DNA of 62,821 nucleotides, filler included, from an uncultured bacterium (GCA_964543655.1; 4 parts of 4 records of this genome joined end to end with filler, not necessarily neighbours in it), one strand, 5' to 3'. Shown: positions 49,361 through 62,541, counted from the first letter of the whole stretch. Made by a program: numbers and translations. The notes: a model not told the origin generated them from the letters alone.

Positions 49361-51694
49361 ATGAGTCAAAAAGTTATAGAGATTCAGGGCACAATAAATG
49401 GCAAAAGGGTTTCTTCAAAAGATTTAGAATTTCAAATACAAAAAAGTGTTAAAGAAGGTTTTAACTATATAAAAGTTTATGCAAATGGCCAACATGGAAT
49501 TGGTGGTAGAATCTGGCCAAGACCGGACGGTGTAAAGGTTGAAGTTTTTGGAGCATCAGGACAGAGATTGGGAAGTATGGGAATGTTCGGCACTGAAATT
49601 ATTGTTCATGGTTCTGCATCTGATGATGTTGGATGGATTAACTGTGGAGCTAAAATTACAGTACTTGGTGATGTTTCAAATGGTGCTCATAATGCAGGTG
49701 CTCAGGGCATTTTATATGTTCAGGGAAGCGGTGGAGCCAGATGTGACACCATGACCAAAAGGAACCCGAGGTTTGAGCCTTTACAATCATGGTATTTTAG
49801 AGATGTTGGTGATTCATTTGCAGAATTTAAAGCTGGTGGAATTGCTGTTGTTTGTGGAGTTAATCCAAGGAATCCTGATAATATTTTGGGATACCGACCT
49901 TGTGTAGGAATGGTTGGTGGTGTTATATATTTTAGAGGAAATGCCTATGGTTTTAGTGAAAATGATGTAAAAGTTCTTGAGCTCAACGATGAAGATTGGA
50001 AATGGCTTACAGAAAATATGAAAGATTATCTCAAAGCTATTGATAGAGAGGAATATTATCAAGAGCTTACAAAATCAATTAAAGATTGGAAAAAAGTAAT
50101 AGCATTAACCCCTGAAGAAAGACAGGCAAGACATAAAGCGCCTATGCCAATGAGAGAATTTAAAACCAATATTTGGGATGAAGAAGTTGGCAAAGGTGGT
50201 ATTTTTGGAGATTTAATTGAAGTAGATGACACAGTTTTACCTTTCATAGTAACAGGTGAATATAGAAGAAGAATTCCTAAATGGGAAAATAAAAAATTTA
50301 ATGCACCATGTGCTTTTTATTGTCCTACAGGCATACCAACTCAAGAGAGAACATGGTTAATTAGAAATGGACAGGAAGAGGAAGCTTTAAAGCTTGTTCT
50401 TGAATACACACCTTTTCCAGGTTCAGTTTGCGGTACTGTTTGCCCTAATCCATGTATGGATGCATGTTCGAGAGGTATTCATTTAAAAGAGCCAGTTGAT
50501 ATAGCTTACCTTGGTAGATTAAGCCTTGATCTACCTGCTCCTAAAGTAAAGGAGGAAAAGAATAAAAAGATTGCTATTATAGGTGGTGGTCCAGCAGGAA
50601 TGGGTGCTGCATGGAGGCTCAGATTAGAAGGATATAAAGTAACAATTTTTGAAAGAGAAGAAGAGCTTGGTGGAAAAATCTATCAATGTATTCCAAGAAA
50701 TCGATTACCTCAGGAAATTCTTGACAAAGAATTGGAAAGATTCAAATCAATTGGCATAGAAATTAAAAATGGCATTGAGGTTGATAAAGAGCTTTTCAAT
50801 AAAATTTACAATGAATATGATAAAATTATACTTGCAACTGGTGCACATGCACCAAGAGTTATCCCTTTTGAAGGTTATGAGGATGTTATTCCAGGAATAG
50901 TATTTTTAAAAGGGATAAATATTGGGCAACCAATGGATCTTGAAGGGAAAAGGGTTGTTGTTATTGGTGCTGGAAATGTTGGAATGGATATTTGTTGTGA
51001 AGCATATGATCTTGGAGCTTCCAAGGTTATAGCTGTTGATATTCAAAAACCTCTTAGTTTTGGGAAAGAGCAAGCTCTTGCCAAAGAGAAAGGTACAGAG
51101 ATTCTTTATCCTAAGTTTACAGAAAAGTTTGATAAAAATGAGAAAAAAATATACTTTAAAGATGGCTCATATCTTGATGCTGATGTTGTTTTCATTTCAA
51201 TTGGTGAAACACCACAACTTGACTATTTACCAGATAGTGTAGAGCTTTTTAGAGGTTACATCAAAGCTGACTCTTTTGGAAGAACAACTGATCCAAAAAT
51301 TTTAGCTGTTGGTGATGTTACTTCTCAGGGATTAATTACTGATGCTCTTGGAGAAGGAAGAAGGGCAGCTTATCTTGTAGCAGCAGAGCTTGAAGGAAGA
51401 GAGTTTAATTGGGATAATAGAGAAGTTATTGAGTATGAGAAAATAAAACATCAATATTATGAAAGGACCAAAAAGAGTGGTGAATCACCTGATGATGAAG
51501 CAAATAGATGTATGTCATGTGGCCTTTGTAGAGATTGTATGATGTGTGAACAAACCTGCTTTCAAAATGCAATAACAAGAGTTGAGCATGAAGATGGTTC
51601 ATATGAATATGTAGTAGATGACGAGTTATGTATTGGTTGTGGATTCTGTGCAGCAATATGCCCTTGCGGTATTTGGAATATGTATGATGTTTAA
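49361..51694 (+). CDS. Glutamate synthase GXGXG domain fused to GltD-like FAD/NAD(P) oxidoreductase and C-terminal ferredoxin
   Basis: GQRLGSMG/GMVGG repeats, CPTGIP, IIGGGPAG, VIGAGNVGMD, CIGCGFCAAICP. Confidence 0.88.
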   Translation: MSQKVIEIQGTINGKRVSSKDLEFQIQKSVKEGFNYIKVYANGQHGIGGRIWPRPDGVKVEVFGASGQRLGSMGMFGTEIIVHGSASDDVGWINCGAKITVLGDVSNGAHNAGAQGILYVQGSGGARCDTMTKRNPRFEPLQSWYFRDVGDSFAEFKAGGIAVVCGVNPRNPDNILGYRPCVGMVGGVIYFRGNAYGFSENDVKVLELNDEDWKWLTENMKDYLKAIDREEYYQELTKSIKDWKKVIALTPEERQARHKAPMPMREFKTNIWDEEVGKGGIFGDLIEVDDTVLPFIVTGEYRRRIPKWENKKFNAPCAFYCPTGIPTQERTWLIRNGQEEEALKLVLEYTPFPGSVCGTVCPNPCMDACSRGIHLKEPVDIAYLGRLSLDLPAPKVKEEKNKKIAIIGGGPAGMGAAWRLRLEGYKVTIFEREEELGGKIYQCIPRNRLPQEILDKELERFKSIGIEIKNGIEVDKELFNKIYNEYDKIILATGAHAPRVIPFEGYEDVIPGIVFLKGINIGQPMDLEGKRVVVIGAGNVGMDICCEAYDLGASKVIAVDIQKPLSFGKEQALAKEKGTEILYPKFTEKFDKNEKKIYFKDGSYLDADVVFISIGETPQLDYLPDSVELFRGYIKADSFGRTTDPKILAVGDVTSQGLITDALGEGRRAAYLVAAELEGREFNWDNREVIEYEKIKHQYYERTKKSGESPDDEANRCMSCGLCRDCMMCEQTCFQNAITRVEHEDGSYEYVVDDELCIGCGFCAAICPCGIWNMYDV

Positions 51695-51734
51695 TGTAAT
51701 TTATTTGTAGGGATTTATAGGAGCACAAGAAAAA

Positions 51735-52019
51735 TTAAATTATTTCATATTTTATTAATTTTTTCTTTAATGTGTTTCTATTAATCCCTAAAATTTCTGC
51801 TGCTTTTGACTGATTATAATCAGCTTTTTCAAAAACTTTCTTAATAAGTAGCTTTTCAAATAACTCTATTGTAATCTGATATAAATTGTGATTGGCACAT
51901 TTACCATTGCCAAGATGCTTAACTAAATGGTCAAATTTATAATCTAAAATCTCTTCCAGTGTGTATTTGTCAATATCTTCCAAACATTTACATGAAGAAT
52001 CTTTACCATTATCTCCCAT
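51735..52019 (-). CDS. Stand-alone Fis-like HTH protein
   Basis: 94 aa; NQSKAAEILGINRNTLKKKL; immediately after dusB. Confidence 0.85.
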   Translation of the reverse strand: MGDNGKDSSCKCLEDIDKYTLEEILDYKFDHLVKHLGNGKCANHNLYQITIELFEKLLIKKVFEKADYNQSKAAEILGINRNTLKKKLIKYEII

Positions 52020-52020
52020 T

Positions 52021-52983
52021 CTATTTATCCTTGATTTTATAATTTTCTTTCCAATAACTTATTTCATTTAAAATTTCAATACATTTTTTTATTTCAGAAA
52101 TCTTTTTTCGAAACCTGACACTATTAGGCAAACCTTTAGTTAAAAAAATCAGATATTTTTTGCTTAAATTTAAGACTTTCTTTTCATCATAAAACTCTTT
52201 CAAGTATTCAAACAATGTTTTAAAAAATAACATTCGATGATAAAACTCATATTCCATTACCCTTTTATTTTCAAGATAACTTTTCCACTGCTCAATAATG
52301 TATGGATTTTCACATATTTTTCTACCAATCATAACTGCATCACAATTTGTAAAACTAAACATTTTTTCAATATCTCTATAATGCTGTATATCTCCATTGC
52401 CGATTATGAAAAAATCTGGGAATTTATCTTTAGCAACTCTAATGTATTCCCATTGTGCAGGTTTTTTAAAAAATTCTTCTCCAACTCTCGGATGCAATGT
52501 CACAGCATCCACACCTTCATTGAATAGAATATTGATTATTTCAAGATAGTTTAAATTATCCTTAAAAGCACCTAATCTTATTTTTGCTGATAGAAAAACT
52601 GGAAGCCTCCTCAATTTTGAAAAAATCTCCTTTACTTTTAAAGGTTCTGTCATTAACATTACACCAGCACCCTTTTTTATAACCTTTTTTACAGGACATC
52701 CCATATTTATATCAATAAATTTATATCCATAAGTTACAGAAATCTCGGCAGCCTTAAATATTACCTCTGGTTCTGCTCCAAAAAGTTGTAAAATAACTTT
52801 ACCTTTTTCTTTTTTCAATTTTAACATATTTATTGTGTTAGGTTGATTTCTAATAATTCCTTCACAGCTTACCATTTCAGTAAAAGTGGTATCTACTGAT
52901 ACCTCTCTTAATGACAGTCTAAAAGGCTCATTAGTAATCCCTGCTAAAGGAGCAGGCAAAACTGAATATTGGTTAATTTCCAT
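52021..52983 (-). CDS. dusB: tRNA-dihydrouridine synthase B
   Basis: APLAG, TEMVS, QLFG, DINMGCP, IGNGDI, VMIGR. Confidence 0.92.
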   Translation of the reverse strand: MEINQYSVLPAPLAGITNEPFRLSLREVSVDTTFTEMVSCEGIIRNQPNTINMLKLKKEKGKVILQLFGAEPEVIFKAAEISVTYGYKFIDINMGCPVKKVIKKGAGVMLMTEPLKVKEIFSKLRRLPVFLSAKIRLGAFKDNLNYLEIINILFNEGVDAVTLHPRVGEEFFKKPAQWEYIRVAKDKFPDFFIIGNGDIQHYRDIEKMFSFTNCDAVMIGRKICENPYIIEQWKSYLENKRVMEYEFYHRMLFFKTLFEYLKEFYDEKKVLNLSKKYLIFLTKGLPNSVRFRKKISEIKKCIEILNEISYWKENYKIKDK

Positions 52984-53145
52984 AAAATTACCTTTTCAAT
53001 TTTGGGCATTCATTTGGCTTCTCTCTGCTTTTATCAATTGTTAGATTTTCAGGCAATAAAAATTTAAACAATTATTAAAAAAAATTATTTTGAATTTTAA
53101 AAATAGATATTATATTTATAATAGAAAATTTTAGGAGGCTTAAAA

Positions 53146-53850
53146 ATGAAATTTAAAATTTTTATGATGATTTTATTTATAAATATTTTCTTTATTAGTT
53201 GTGCAAGGTATCATGATACAGTTACTCCTCTAAAATTGCCAGGAGCTACATCAAATTACGTTGTATTTGATAATGGTTTAAAAGTAACGGCATATATTGT
53301 ACCAAGCAAAGAAGCTGGCTTTGATGAAGCCTCTGCTAAAGTTTTACCAGTAAAAATCACTATAGAAAATAATAGCAAGCATGCAGCAATTATTGCTGGT
53401 TCTCAAACCTTTCTAATAGATAAAGATAACAATGCATGGCCAATACTACCTTACAATAAAGCAGTAAATAGGATTAAAGAAGCTACTACTATTGGTAATA
53501 CACTTAAAGGAAGTACAACCCCTTCCATTCTTGGAGGCTTACTTGGAGCTGTTGGTGGTCTTGCAATTGGCATTCTTACTGATAAAGATATTGCTGAATC
53601 AGCTGGCAAAGGTGCAGCTGTTGGTGCAGCAGCAGGTGCTACAATTGGAGGGATTTCAGCTTATCAAAATAGTGGAGAAAAAATTTCAAATGATATTTCA
53701 GAAAAACATATTAGAGATAAACAGATTTTACCCAACATGATTACTTATGGTTACCTCTATTTTCCAGGAGAATGCAAATCACCTAATAAGCTTAGACTTG
53801 CAATGGAAATTAATGGCAGGTTAGAGGTAAAAAATATTAATTTAAAATAA
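53146..53850 (+). CDS. Lipoprotein with glycine-zipper segment
   Basis: Lipobox FISC; GGLLGAVGGLAIG...GAAVGAAAGATIGG; SD AGGAGG. Confidence 0.75.
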   Translation: MKFKIFMMILFINIFFISCARYHDTVTPLKLPGATSNYVVFDNGLKVTAYIVPSKEAGFDEASAKVLPVKITIENNSKHAAIIAGSQTFLIDKDNNAWPILPYNKAVNRIKEATTIGNTLKGSTTPSILGGLLGAVGGLAIGILTDKDIAESAGKGAAVGAAAGATIGGISAYQNSGEKISNDISEKHIRDKQILPNMITYGYLYFPGECKSPNKLRLAMEINGRLEVKNINLK

Positions 53851-53859
53851 AAGCTTCAT

Positions 53860-54990
53860 TTAATCAAATCTAATTATAAGACCAAACTCAACCCAGCCAT
53901 ATGGATGATCAAAAGTAGTTTGGGTATATTTATTGTAAAGAAATGGTATCTCGCCATTAAATTGTCTATAAAAAAGCTTACCTCCAAGTGTGAGAATAAT
54001 ATATCTATTTAAAAAATAACCAATTTTACCTTTAAAAATATGGTTATAATTTACATAATTCAAATCTTTACTCCTATAAAGTTTTATAAAAGAGTATTGA
54101 ACCTGGGTTAATGTATGAAATGGTGTTTTTATAAATAGGGAGAAACCTATTTTATAATAAGATTCTTTTCTATGTAAATTATATGGCATAGAAGGAAATC
54201 TTGTCTTATATCTATCTGGAATCATTTTTAAAATATTAGAATCTATTTTTGTATTAATATCAGTCTTTCCATATTCAATAAAGAAATTTGGATAAAATAT
54301 TTTATAAGCTTTGCCTATTATAAGTTTATAATAATTTGAAGAATCATTCATATCTTTTAAGACAAAATAAGGGTCCTCTGTTTTTAAAAAACCTATACTT
54401 AAAGTCATAGTGGGATATTTCCTTGTGAGCCAGAAATAGTTTCTCTCAACTTCAATTGAAAGATTAGTTTGAAATTTTTGTAAATAGTAGTTCATTTCAT
54501 TTACATCTGACATTTTTAAATTATCTGCTTTATTTCTTTTATAACCTATCTCAAATGAAAAAATTGAATTAAATGATTTTTTTATATAAAAGTTGTAACT
54601 ATTGATTTTTAAATTACCTGTTCCAAAGTTAAGTTTCCTTTTGATATATGAACCATGGAGCATAACAGTATCTGTTAAACCATAATTTATTAAAACAGAT
54701 TCATGTTCATAATTTCCAATATTTGCACCATAATTTTTTAAAGATTTTGTCATTTGAGATTTTAAATTTAAAATATCAACACTACTATTTAAAAGCCCAT
54801 AATCTGAATTAATTTCTAAATATTTTGATGGGATATTGGTTGATGCTGAAAAAGAACCTAAATATGGCAAATAATATGATAATTCATCAGAAAACAGTAA
54901 TGAAGTGAAAAAAAAGAAAAAAGAAAAAAGAAAAACCACTGTTTTATAAAGTTTCAAATTTATAGTCTTATTTTGAATTTTTATAACCAA
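53860..54990 (-). CDS. Hypothetical exported, probable outer-membrane beta-barrel protein
   Basis: Signal-like leader, aromatic alternating strands, C-terminal GWVEFGLIIRFD. Confidence 0.55.
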   Translation of the reverse strand: MVIKIQNKTINLKLYKTVVFLFSFFFFFTSLLFSDELSYYLPYLGSFSASTNIPSKYLEINSDYGLLNSSVDILNLKSQMTKSLKNYGANIGNYEHESVLINYGLTDTVMLHGSYIKRKLNFGTGNLKINSYNFYIKKSFNSIFSFEIGYKRNKADNLKMSDVNEMNYYLQKFQTNLSIEVERNYFWLTRKYPTMTLSIGFLKTEDPYFVLKDMNDSSNYYKLIIGKAYKIFYPNFFIEYGKTDINTKIDSNILKMIPDRYKTRFPSMPYNLHRKESYYKIGFSLFIKTPFHTLTQVQYSFIKLYRSKDLNYVNYNHIFKGKIGYFLNRYIILTLGGKLFYRQFNGEIPFLYNKYTQTTFDHPYGWVEFGLIIRFD

Positions 54991-55053
54991 TGAATGTTCC
55001 TTAATTTTTCATCCTTATAAAGAATTATAACTACTTTTTTCAATAAATAGTTG

Positions 55054-55153
55054 NNNNNNNNNNNNNNNNNNNNNNNNNNNNNNNNNNNNNNNNNNNNTTA
55101 ATTAATTAANNNNNNNNNNNNNNNNNNNNNNNNNNNNNNNNNNNNNNNNNNNN
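55054..55153. other. Artificial contig linker 3
   Basis: 44 N + TTAATTAATTAA + 44 N. Confidence 0.97.
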
Positions 55154-55186
55154 TATGCTAAAATTTTTATTTTATAATAATAACTT

Positions 55187-55270
55187 ATGGATTCTTCAGT
55201 CGCTACGCACTTTCAGAATGACCTCAAAAAGTCATTCTGACCCTGAGTTGTACGAAGGAGAAGAATCCAT
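55187..55270. repeat. Inverted pair of REP-like elements
   Basis: ATGGATTCTTC (55187-55197)/GAAGAATCCAT (55260-55270) and TCAGAATGAC (55213-55222)/GTCATTCTGA (55231-55240) nested inverted repeats. Confidence 0.8.
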
Positions 55271-55391
55271 TATAAATAGTTACTTTTATTTACTTATCTA
55301 TTGGATTAATTTTTACCATTTTTTACTGTGCAAAGGTTTTATACAAAAGCAAATTTAAAACCCAACAGCAATTTATTACAAGCGTTCTTAT

Positions 55392-55490
55392 ACAAGCTTA
55401 CGGTTCAACGTTCATAGTTTAACATTGAAAAATGTTTTAATAACAATAAGTTAAGAATGCTGCAAATGTCATTTCAAGTAGAAAATTGTA
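55392..55490 (+). repeat. Dispersed intergenic repeat, copy C
   Basis: ACAAGCTTAC, GTTCAAC-GTTCATA-GTTTAAC, ends AAATGTCATTTCAAGTAGAAAATTGTA. Confidence 0.8.
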
Positions 55491-55499
55491 TTATTAGGT

Positions 55500-55703
55500 T
55501 TAAAGATGGTTATTTTTAAATAAAATCTTACAATTATCCCTCCAGAGACAATTATCTTCAGGGCAATTTAATATTCTATCAGTTGCAAAACATTGAAAAT
55601 TTCCTTCTTTCTCCTGAATTTTCCTGATTAACACTATTTTACTTAATCCAAAAGAGTTTATCCCCATTTTTTTTGCTATTTTTCTTATTTCATTAATTTT
55701 CAA
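55500..55703 (-). CDS. Small SAP/Rho-N-like domain protein with C-terminal Cys4 motif
   Basis: TTG start with SD GAGGTG; EIRKIAKKMGI...LIRKIQEKEGNFQCFAT...CPEDNCLWRDNC. Confidence 0.75.
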   Translation of the reverse strand: MKINEIRKIAKKMGINSFGLSKIVLIRKIQEKEGNFQCFATDRILNCPEDNCLWRDNCKILFKNNHL

Positions 55704-55722
55704 ACTATCACCTCAATTCTTT

Positions 55723-56214
55723 TTAACAAAGATTTAGTGTAATGTTACCAACAAATCCTTCTCTTTTATTAGCTGAAAAATTTTCTACATTTTCATACAT
55801 TAAAGCTCCTGTTGGACAGGCATTAACACATGCAGGAATATCCCTGTCTGGACACCTGTCACATTTAACTACTTTCTTTTCATATCTACTAATATTAATT
55901 ATTCCAAATGGACAAACCATCACACACATAAAACAGCCTATACATCTATCTTCATTACAAATTGTAAAGCCTCTACTATCTTTATACATAGCACCTGTGA
56001 TACAAGCTGTAATACATGGGCTTTCATTGCAATTTCTGCACTGTAGTGGAACTTTTAAGGAGTCATTTGATTCAACAAATACCCTTTTTTGAGGTAACTT
56101 CTCCTCAAAAATAGCTGTAAATAAATTTTTGCTTTCTGAGTGCTCAACTCTACATGCAATTTCACAACTTTTGCAAGCTACACATTTCTCTATATTAATT
56201 AAAATTTCTTTCAT
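55723..56214 (-). CDS. cooF: CooF-type 4Fe-4S polyferredoxin; start ATG 56214
   Basis: Four Cys clusters (CVACKSCEIAC, CRNC..PCITAC, CIGCFMCVMVCP, KCDRC..PACVNACP); SD AAGGAGG; downstream of cooS. Confidence 0.85.
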   Translation of the reverse strand: MKEILINIEKCVACKSCEIACRVEHSESKNLFTAIFEEKLPQKRVFVESNDSLKVPLQCRNCNESPCITACITGAMYKDSRGFTICNEDRCIGCFMCVMVCPFGIINISRYEKKVVKCDRCPDRDIPACVNACPTGALMYENVENFSANKREGFVGNITLNLC

Positions 56215-56215
56215 T

Positions 56216-57403
56216 CTACGCCTCCTTCCTATTTTCACGTATTTGCCACAAATATTTTCCAGCATTTTTAATATCATTAACAAGAACAAAGCCTTTAAGA
56301 GAATCATCTTTGTAAATAAATTTTTTTAAAATTTTACCCTCTTTTATAACTGAAACCTTTTCAAAGAAATCAATGGTTTCATTTTCATAAATTTTTTTCT
56401 TCCCACCAGTGATAATATTATTTTCATAAATAGAAAAAGAATTTATAGCAGTTGCTCCAAAATATTCTCTAATATTTCCAAAAGCCATATTATAGGCAGC
56501 TACTATTCCTTGCTCCCCTGCAAGTGGCCAGAGGGGGACTTTCCATCTCTTATTATGAGCAATATCGTATACAATATTGCAATCACCTGCTGCGTAGATA
56601 TTAGAAATTGAAGTTTCAAGAAAATCATTTGTTAAATATCCATCTTTAAATCTTATCTCTTTTGTAAAGTTTAATGGTGTGGTTTTAACTCCTTTTCCAA
56701 CAATTACACCAGCAGCTTCAAATTCTTTCCCTTTTTCAGTTTTTATAATTAATTTATCACCATTAATAGTAACATCTGTAATTGAATCATTATTAAATAT
56801 CTCTATTCCTCCTTTTTCAAGAACAATATCCTTAATAAACTCACCTGAAAATTTATCAATTAAAAATGACAATATATAATCAGACTTAACTATCCATTTA
56901 ATCTTTACGCCAATTTCTCTAAGTGCAAGCAAAGCTTTTAAACTTACCAACCCGCCACCTTCAACAATGGCTGTATCACCTCTTTTAAAACTATCTTTTA
57001 TTTTTAAAGCATCATCAAACTTTCTTAAAGTAAAAATTGGCAATTCTCTTCTGTAATTAAATTTTGGTTTTGCAGGTTCGCCACCTGTTGCAATTAACAA
57101 TTTAGAAAAATTTACTCCTTTTCCTCCACTTAATTTAATTTTCTGCTTTTCAACATCAACTGATTCAACTTTTTTACCTTTAATAAAATTAATGTTAAAC
57201 TTTTTTAAACTTTCAATCCCCGGCTCAAATAAAAACCGTTTTGAAACTCTATTTTCTATAAAATATGTTAATAAACATCTGCAATATGGCGGATAATCTT
57301 CATCTGTAATCAGGGTAATGTCATATTTTTCATTAATCTCTCTTAGCTTTATAGCAGCTGTAAACCCGGCATTTCCACATCCTATAATAACAAATCTGTT
57401 CAT
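56216..57403 (-). CDS. FAD-dependent NAD(P) oxidoreductase (CODH-associated)
   Basis: VIIGCGNAG, LLIATG, GGGLV, IYAAGD; start MNRF at 57403. Confidence 0.85.
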   Translation of the reverse strand: MNRFVIIGCGNAGFTAAIKLREINEKYDITLITDEDYPPYCRCLLTYFIENRVSKRFLFEPGIESLKKFNINFIKGKKVESVDVEKQKIKLSGGKGVNFSKLLIATGGEPAKPKFNYRRELPIFTLRKFDDALKIKDSFKRGDTAIVEGGGLVSLKALLALREIGVKIKWIVKSDYILSFLIDKFSGEFIKDIVLEKGGIEIFNNDSITDVTINGDKLIIKTEKGKEFEAAGVIVGKGVKTTPLNFTKEIRFKDGYLTNDFLETSISNIYAAGDCNIVYDIAHNKRWKVPLWPLAGEQGIVAAYNMAFGNIREYFGATAINSFSIYENNIITGGKKKIYENETIDFFEKVSVIKEGKILKKFIYKDDSLKGFVLVNDIKNAGKYLWQIRENRKEA

Positions 57404-57414
57404 TTTACTCTCCA

Positions 57415-59313
57415 TTAGATGCCAAGAGCTTTTCTTTTTTCAAGAATATGAGCTTCCATAATATTAACTGCTTTCTCTACATCTTCCTCTATTATAAAGT
57501 ATCCGCCAAAAACTTCTTTTGCTGTTTCTGTTAAAATTTTAACCACTTCTTTACTTCCAAGAATTGGTGGAATTGGCCATAAATGAACTGGTATTCCACT
57601 TGCCACAAAATATGTGCCTATAGAAACAGCTTTTTCAGTCATCCATTCTGGAGCAGAACCAAATAAAGGAAGGTCACTAATATTAACATTTAATGTATCT
57701 GCTATTGCAGATGCAACAACAAGCATCCTGCTACAATCAACACAGCTTCCCATATGAAGAAATGGTGGAATTTTAAGTACCTTGCATACACTTTTCAAAC
57801 CGTCTCCTGCAAAATTAGCATAATCAACTGACAGTAATCCTGCTTTTGCAAGAGCAATTGCCCAACAACCAGTACCTATAACAAGAATATCTCTTTTAAT
57901 TAGCTCTTTAGCAAGGTTAACATGAAAATAATCCTGCTCAACTTTAGGATTATTACAACCAACAATTCCAACAATACCTTTTATCTTCCCATTTTTTACA
58001 GCATCGATTAATGGCTCAACAGTTCCTCCAAGAGCTTCCAAAATCTGCTCAACACTGAATCCCACAATAGCCTCATTTTTATGCTCAGGTATATTAACCT
58101 TACTTTTATCTCTATTTGCAAAATTTTCTATTGCAATTTTTACTATTTTTTCTGCAATTTCATCTGCTCTATCCTCTTCAAATTGAATATGGTCTGCACC
58201 TGGAAACATAGCCTGATCACTTGTAGAGATAAATTTTGTATGAAAACATTTGGTTAAATTTGCCAAAGCTGGAAAAATACATTGCACATCAACTATCATT
58301 GCTTCCACAGCACCTGTTAAAACAGCAAGCTCCTGATGAAGCTCATTACCTGCTATTGGAACATTGTGCCTCATAAGAATTTCATTACCAGTGCAACACA
58401 TTCCTGCAACATTAATTCCAGCAGCACCTTTAGATTTAGCATATTCAATCAATTCTTTTTTTAAAGCAATCTCCACTATTTTCTCAGATAATACAGGCTC
58501 ATGGCCATGGATTACAATATTTACTTCATCAGGTGAAAGCACACCAAGATTTGCATACACAGTGTGAACTTTTGGGGTACCAAATAGAATATCTTGGCAT
58601 TCAGTGGCAATTAAGGAACCACCCCATCCATCACCAAGTGCTGCTCTTATACCTTGTAAAATAAGAGATAATGGGTCATTATCAACTCCTATATGAGTTC
58701 TGTGCATAATATCCACTATCTCTCTATCAATATTTCTTGGCAAAACTCCCATAATTTTTCCAGTTTTTTCATAAAGAGCTTTTTCTATTTGCTCAAGTTT
58801 TTCTTTTAATTTTGGAGCATATGATTCAAGAAATTTTATAGAATTAGAATCTTGCTTGCCATAATCATTTAATGCAATCTCAGCAACTTCCTTTGCTAAT
58901 TGAAATTTATCTTTATTTTCAATATTAATCCCCAACTTTTTAGCAACATTGACTAATTTTGCTTCATCTTTGATTTCATAATCTCTATTCTCTTTTTCAC
59001 CAACCTCCTTTAATAAAAGTGCTGGCCTTCTTCCATGGTCAGAATGCGCAGCTGCTCCAGCAGCAATCATTCTAACAATATTTCTTGCAACTATTGTATC
59101 AGCTGTAGCACCACAAACTCCTTTATCAGGTCCCTCACCAAAAGGGTCTATTCTGCATGGTCCCATAACACAATTTCTACAACAAACACCAAGCTCACCA
59201 AATCCACATTGTGGCTGCTGCTCTTTGAGTCTATCCCAGACTAACTCAAAGTTATTCTTTTTCCCAAAATCTATCATTTCCCTTGCTGCAGGGTCAAAAC
59301 TTTTGCTGCTCAT
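57415..59313 (-). CDS. cooS: Anaerobic Ni-Fe carbon monoxide dehydrogenase catalytic subunit
   Basis: QPQCGFGELGVCCRNCVMGPC, AHSDH, and C-cluster ligands HGHEP, MCCTGNE, DVQC, GCNN, TGC, GSCVD; EKA lysine. Confidence 0.97.
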   Translation of the reverse strand: MSSKSFDPAAREMIDFGKKNNFELVWDRLKEQQPQCGFGELGVCCRNCVMGPCRIDPFGEGPDKGVCGATADTIVARNIVRMIAAGAAAHSDHGRRPALLLKEVGEKENRDYEIKDEAKLVNVAKKLGINIENKDKFQLAKEVAEIALNDYGKQDSNSIKFLESYAPKLKEKLEQIEKALYEKTGKIMGVLPRNIDREIVDIMHRTHIGVDNDPLSLILQGIRAALGDGWGGSLIATECQDILFGTPKVHTVYANLGVLSPDEVNIVIHGHEPVLSEKIVEIALKKELIEYAKSKGAAGINVAGMCCTGNEILMRHNVPIAGNELHQELAVLTGAVEAMIVDVQCIFPALANLTKCFHTKFISTSDQAMFPGADHIQFEEDRADEIAEKIVKIAIENFANRDKSKVNIPEHKNEAIVGFSVEQILEALGGTVEPLIDAVKNGKIKGIVGIVGCNNPKVEQDYFHVNLAKELIKRDILVIGTGCWAIALAKAGLLSVDYANFAGDGLKSVCKVLKIPPFLHMGSCVDCSRMLVVASAIADTLNVNISDLPLFGSAPEWMTEKAVSIGTYFVASGIPVHLWPIPPILGSKEVVKILTETAKEVFGGYFIIEEDVEKAVNIMEAHILEKRKALGI

Positions 59314-59330
59314 GCTCCCCCTCCTTTAAT

Positions 59331-62541
<3,211 letters not shown>

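Noticed and set aside
55155-55358. 67-aa ORF in the track
   Set aside because: Reads through the REP-like doublet at a contig edge; no protein features
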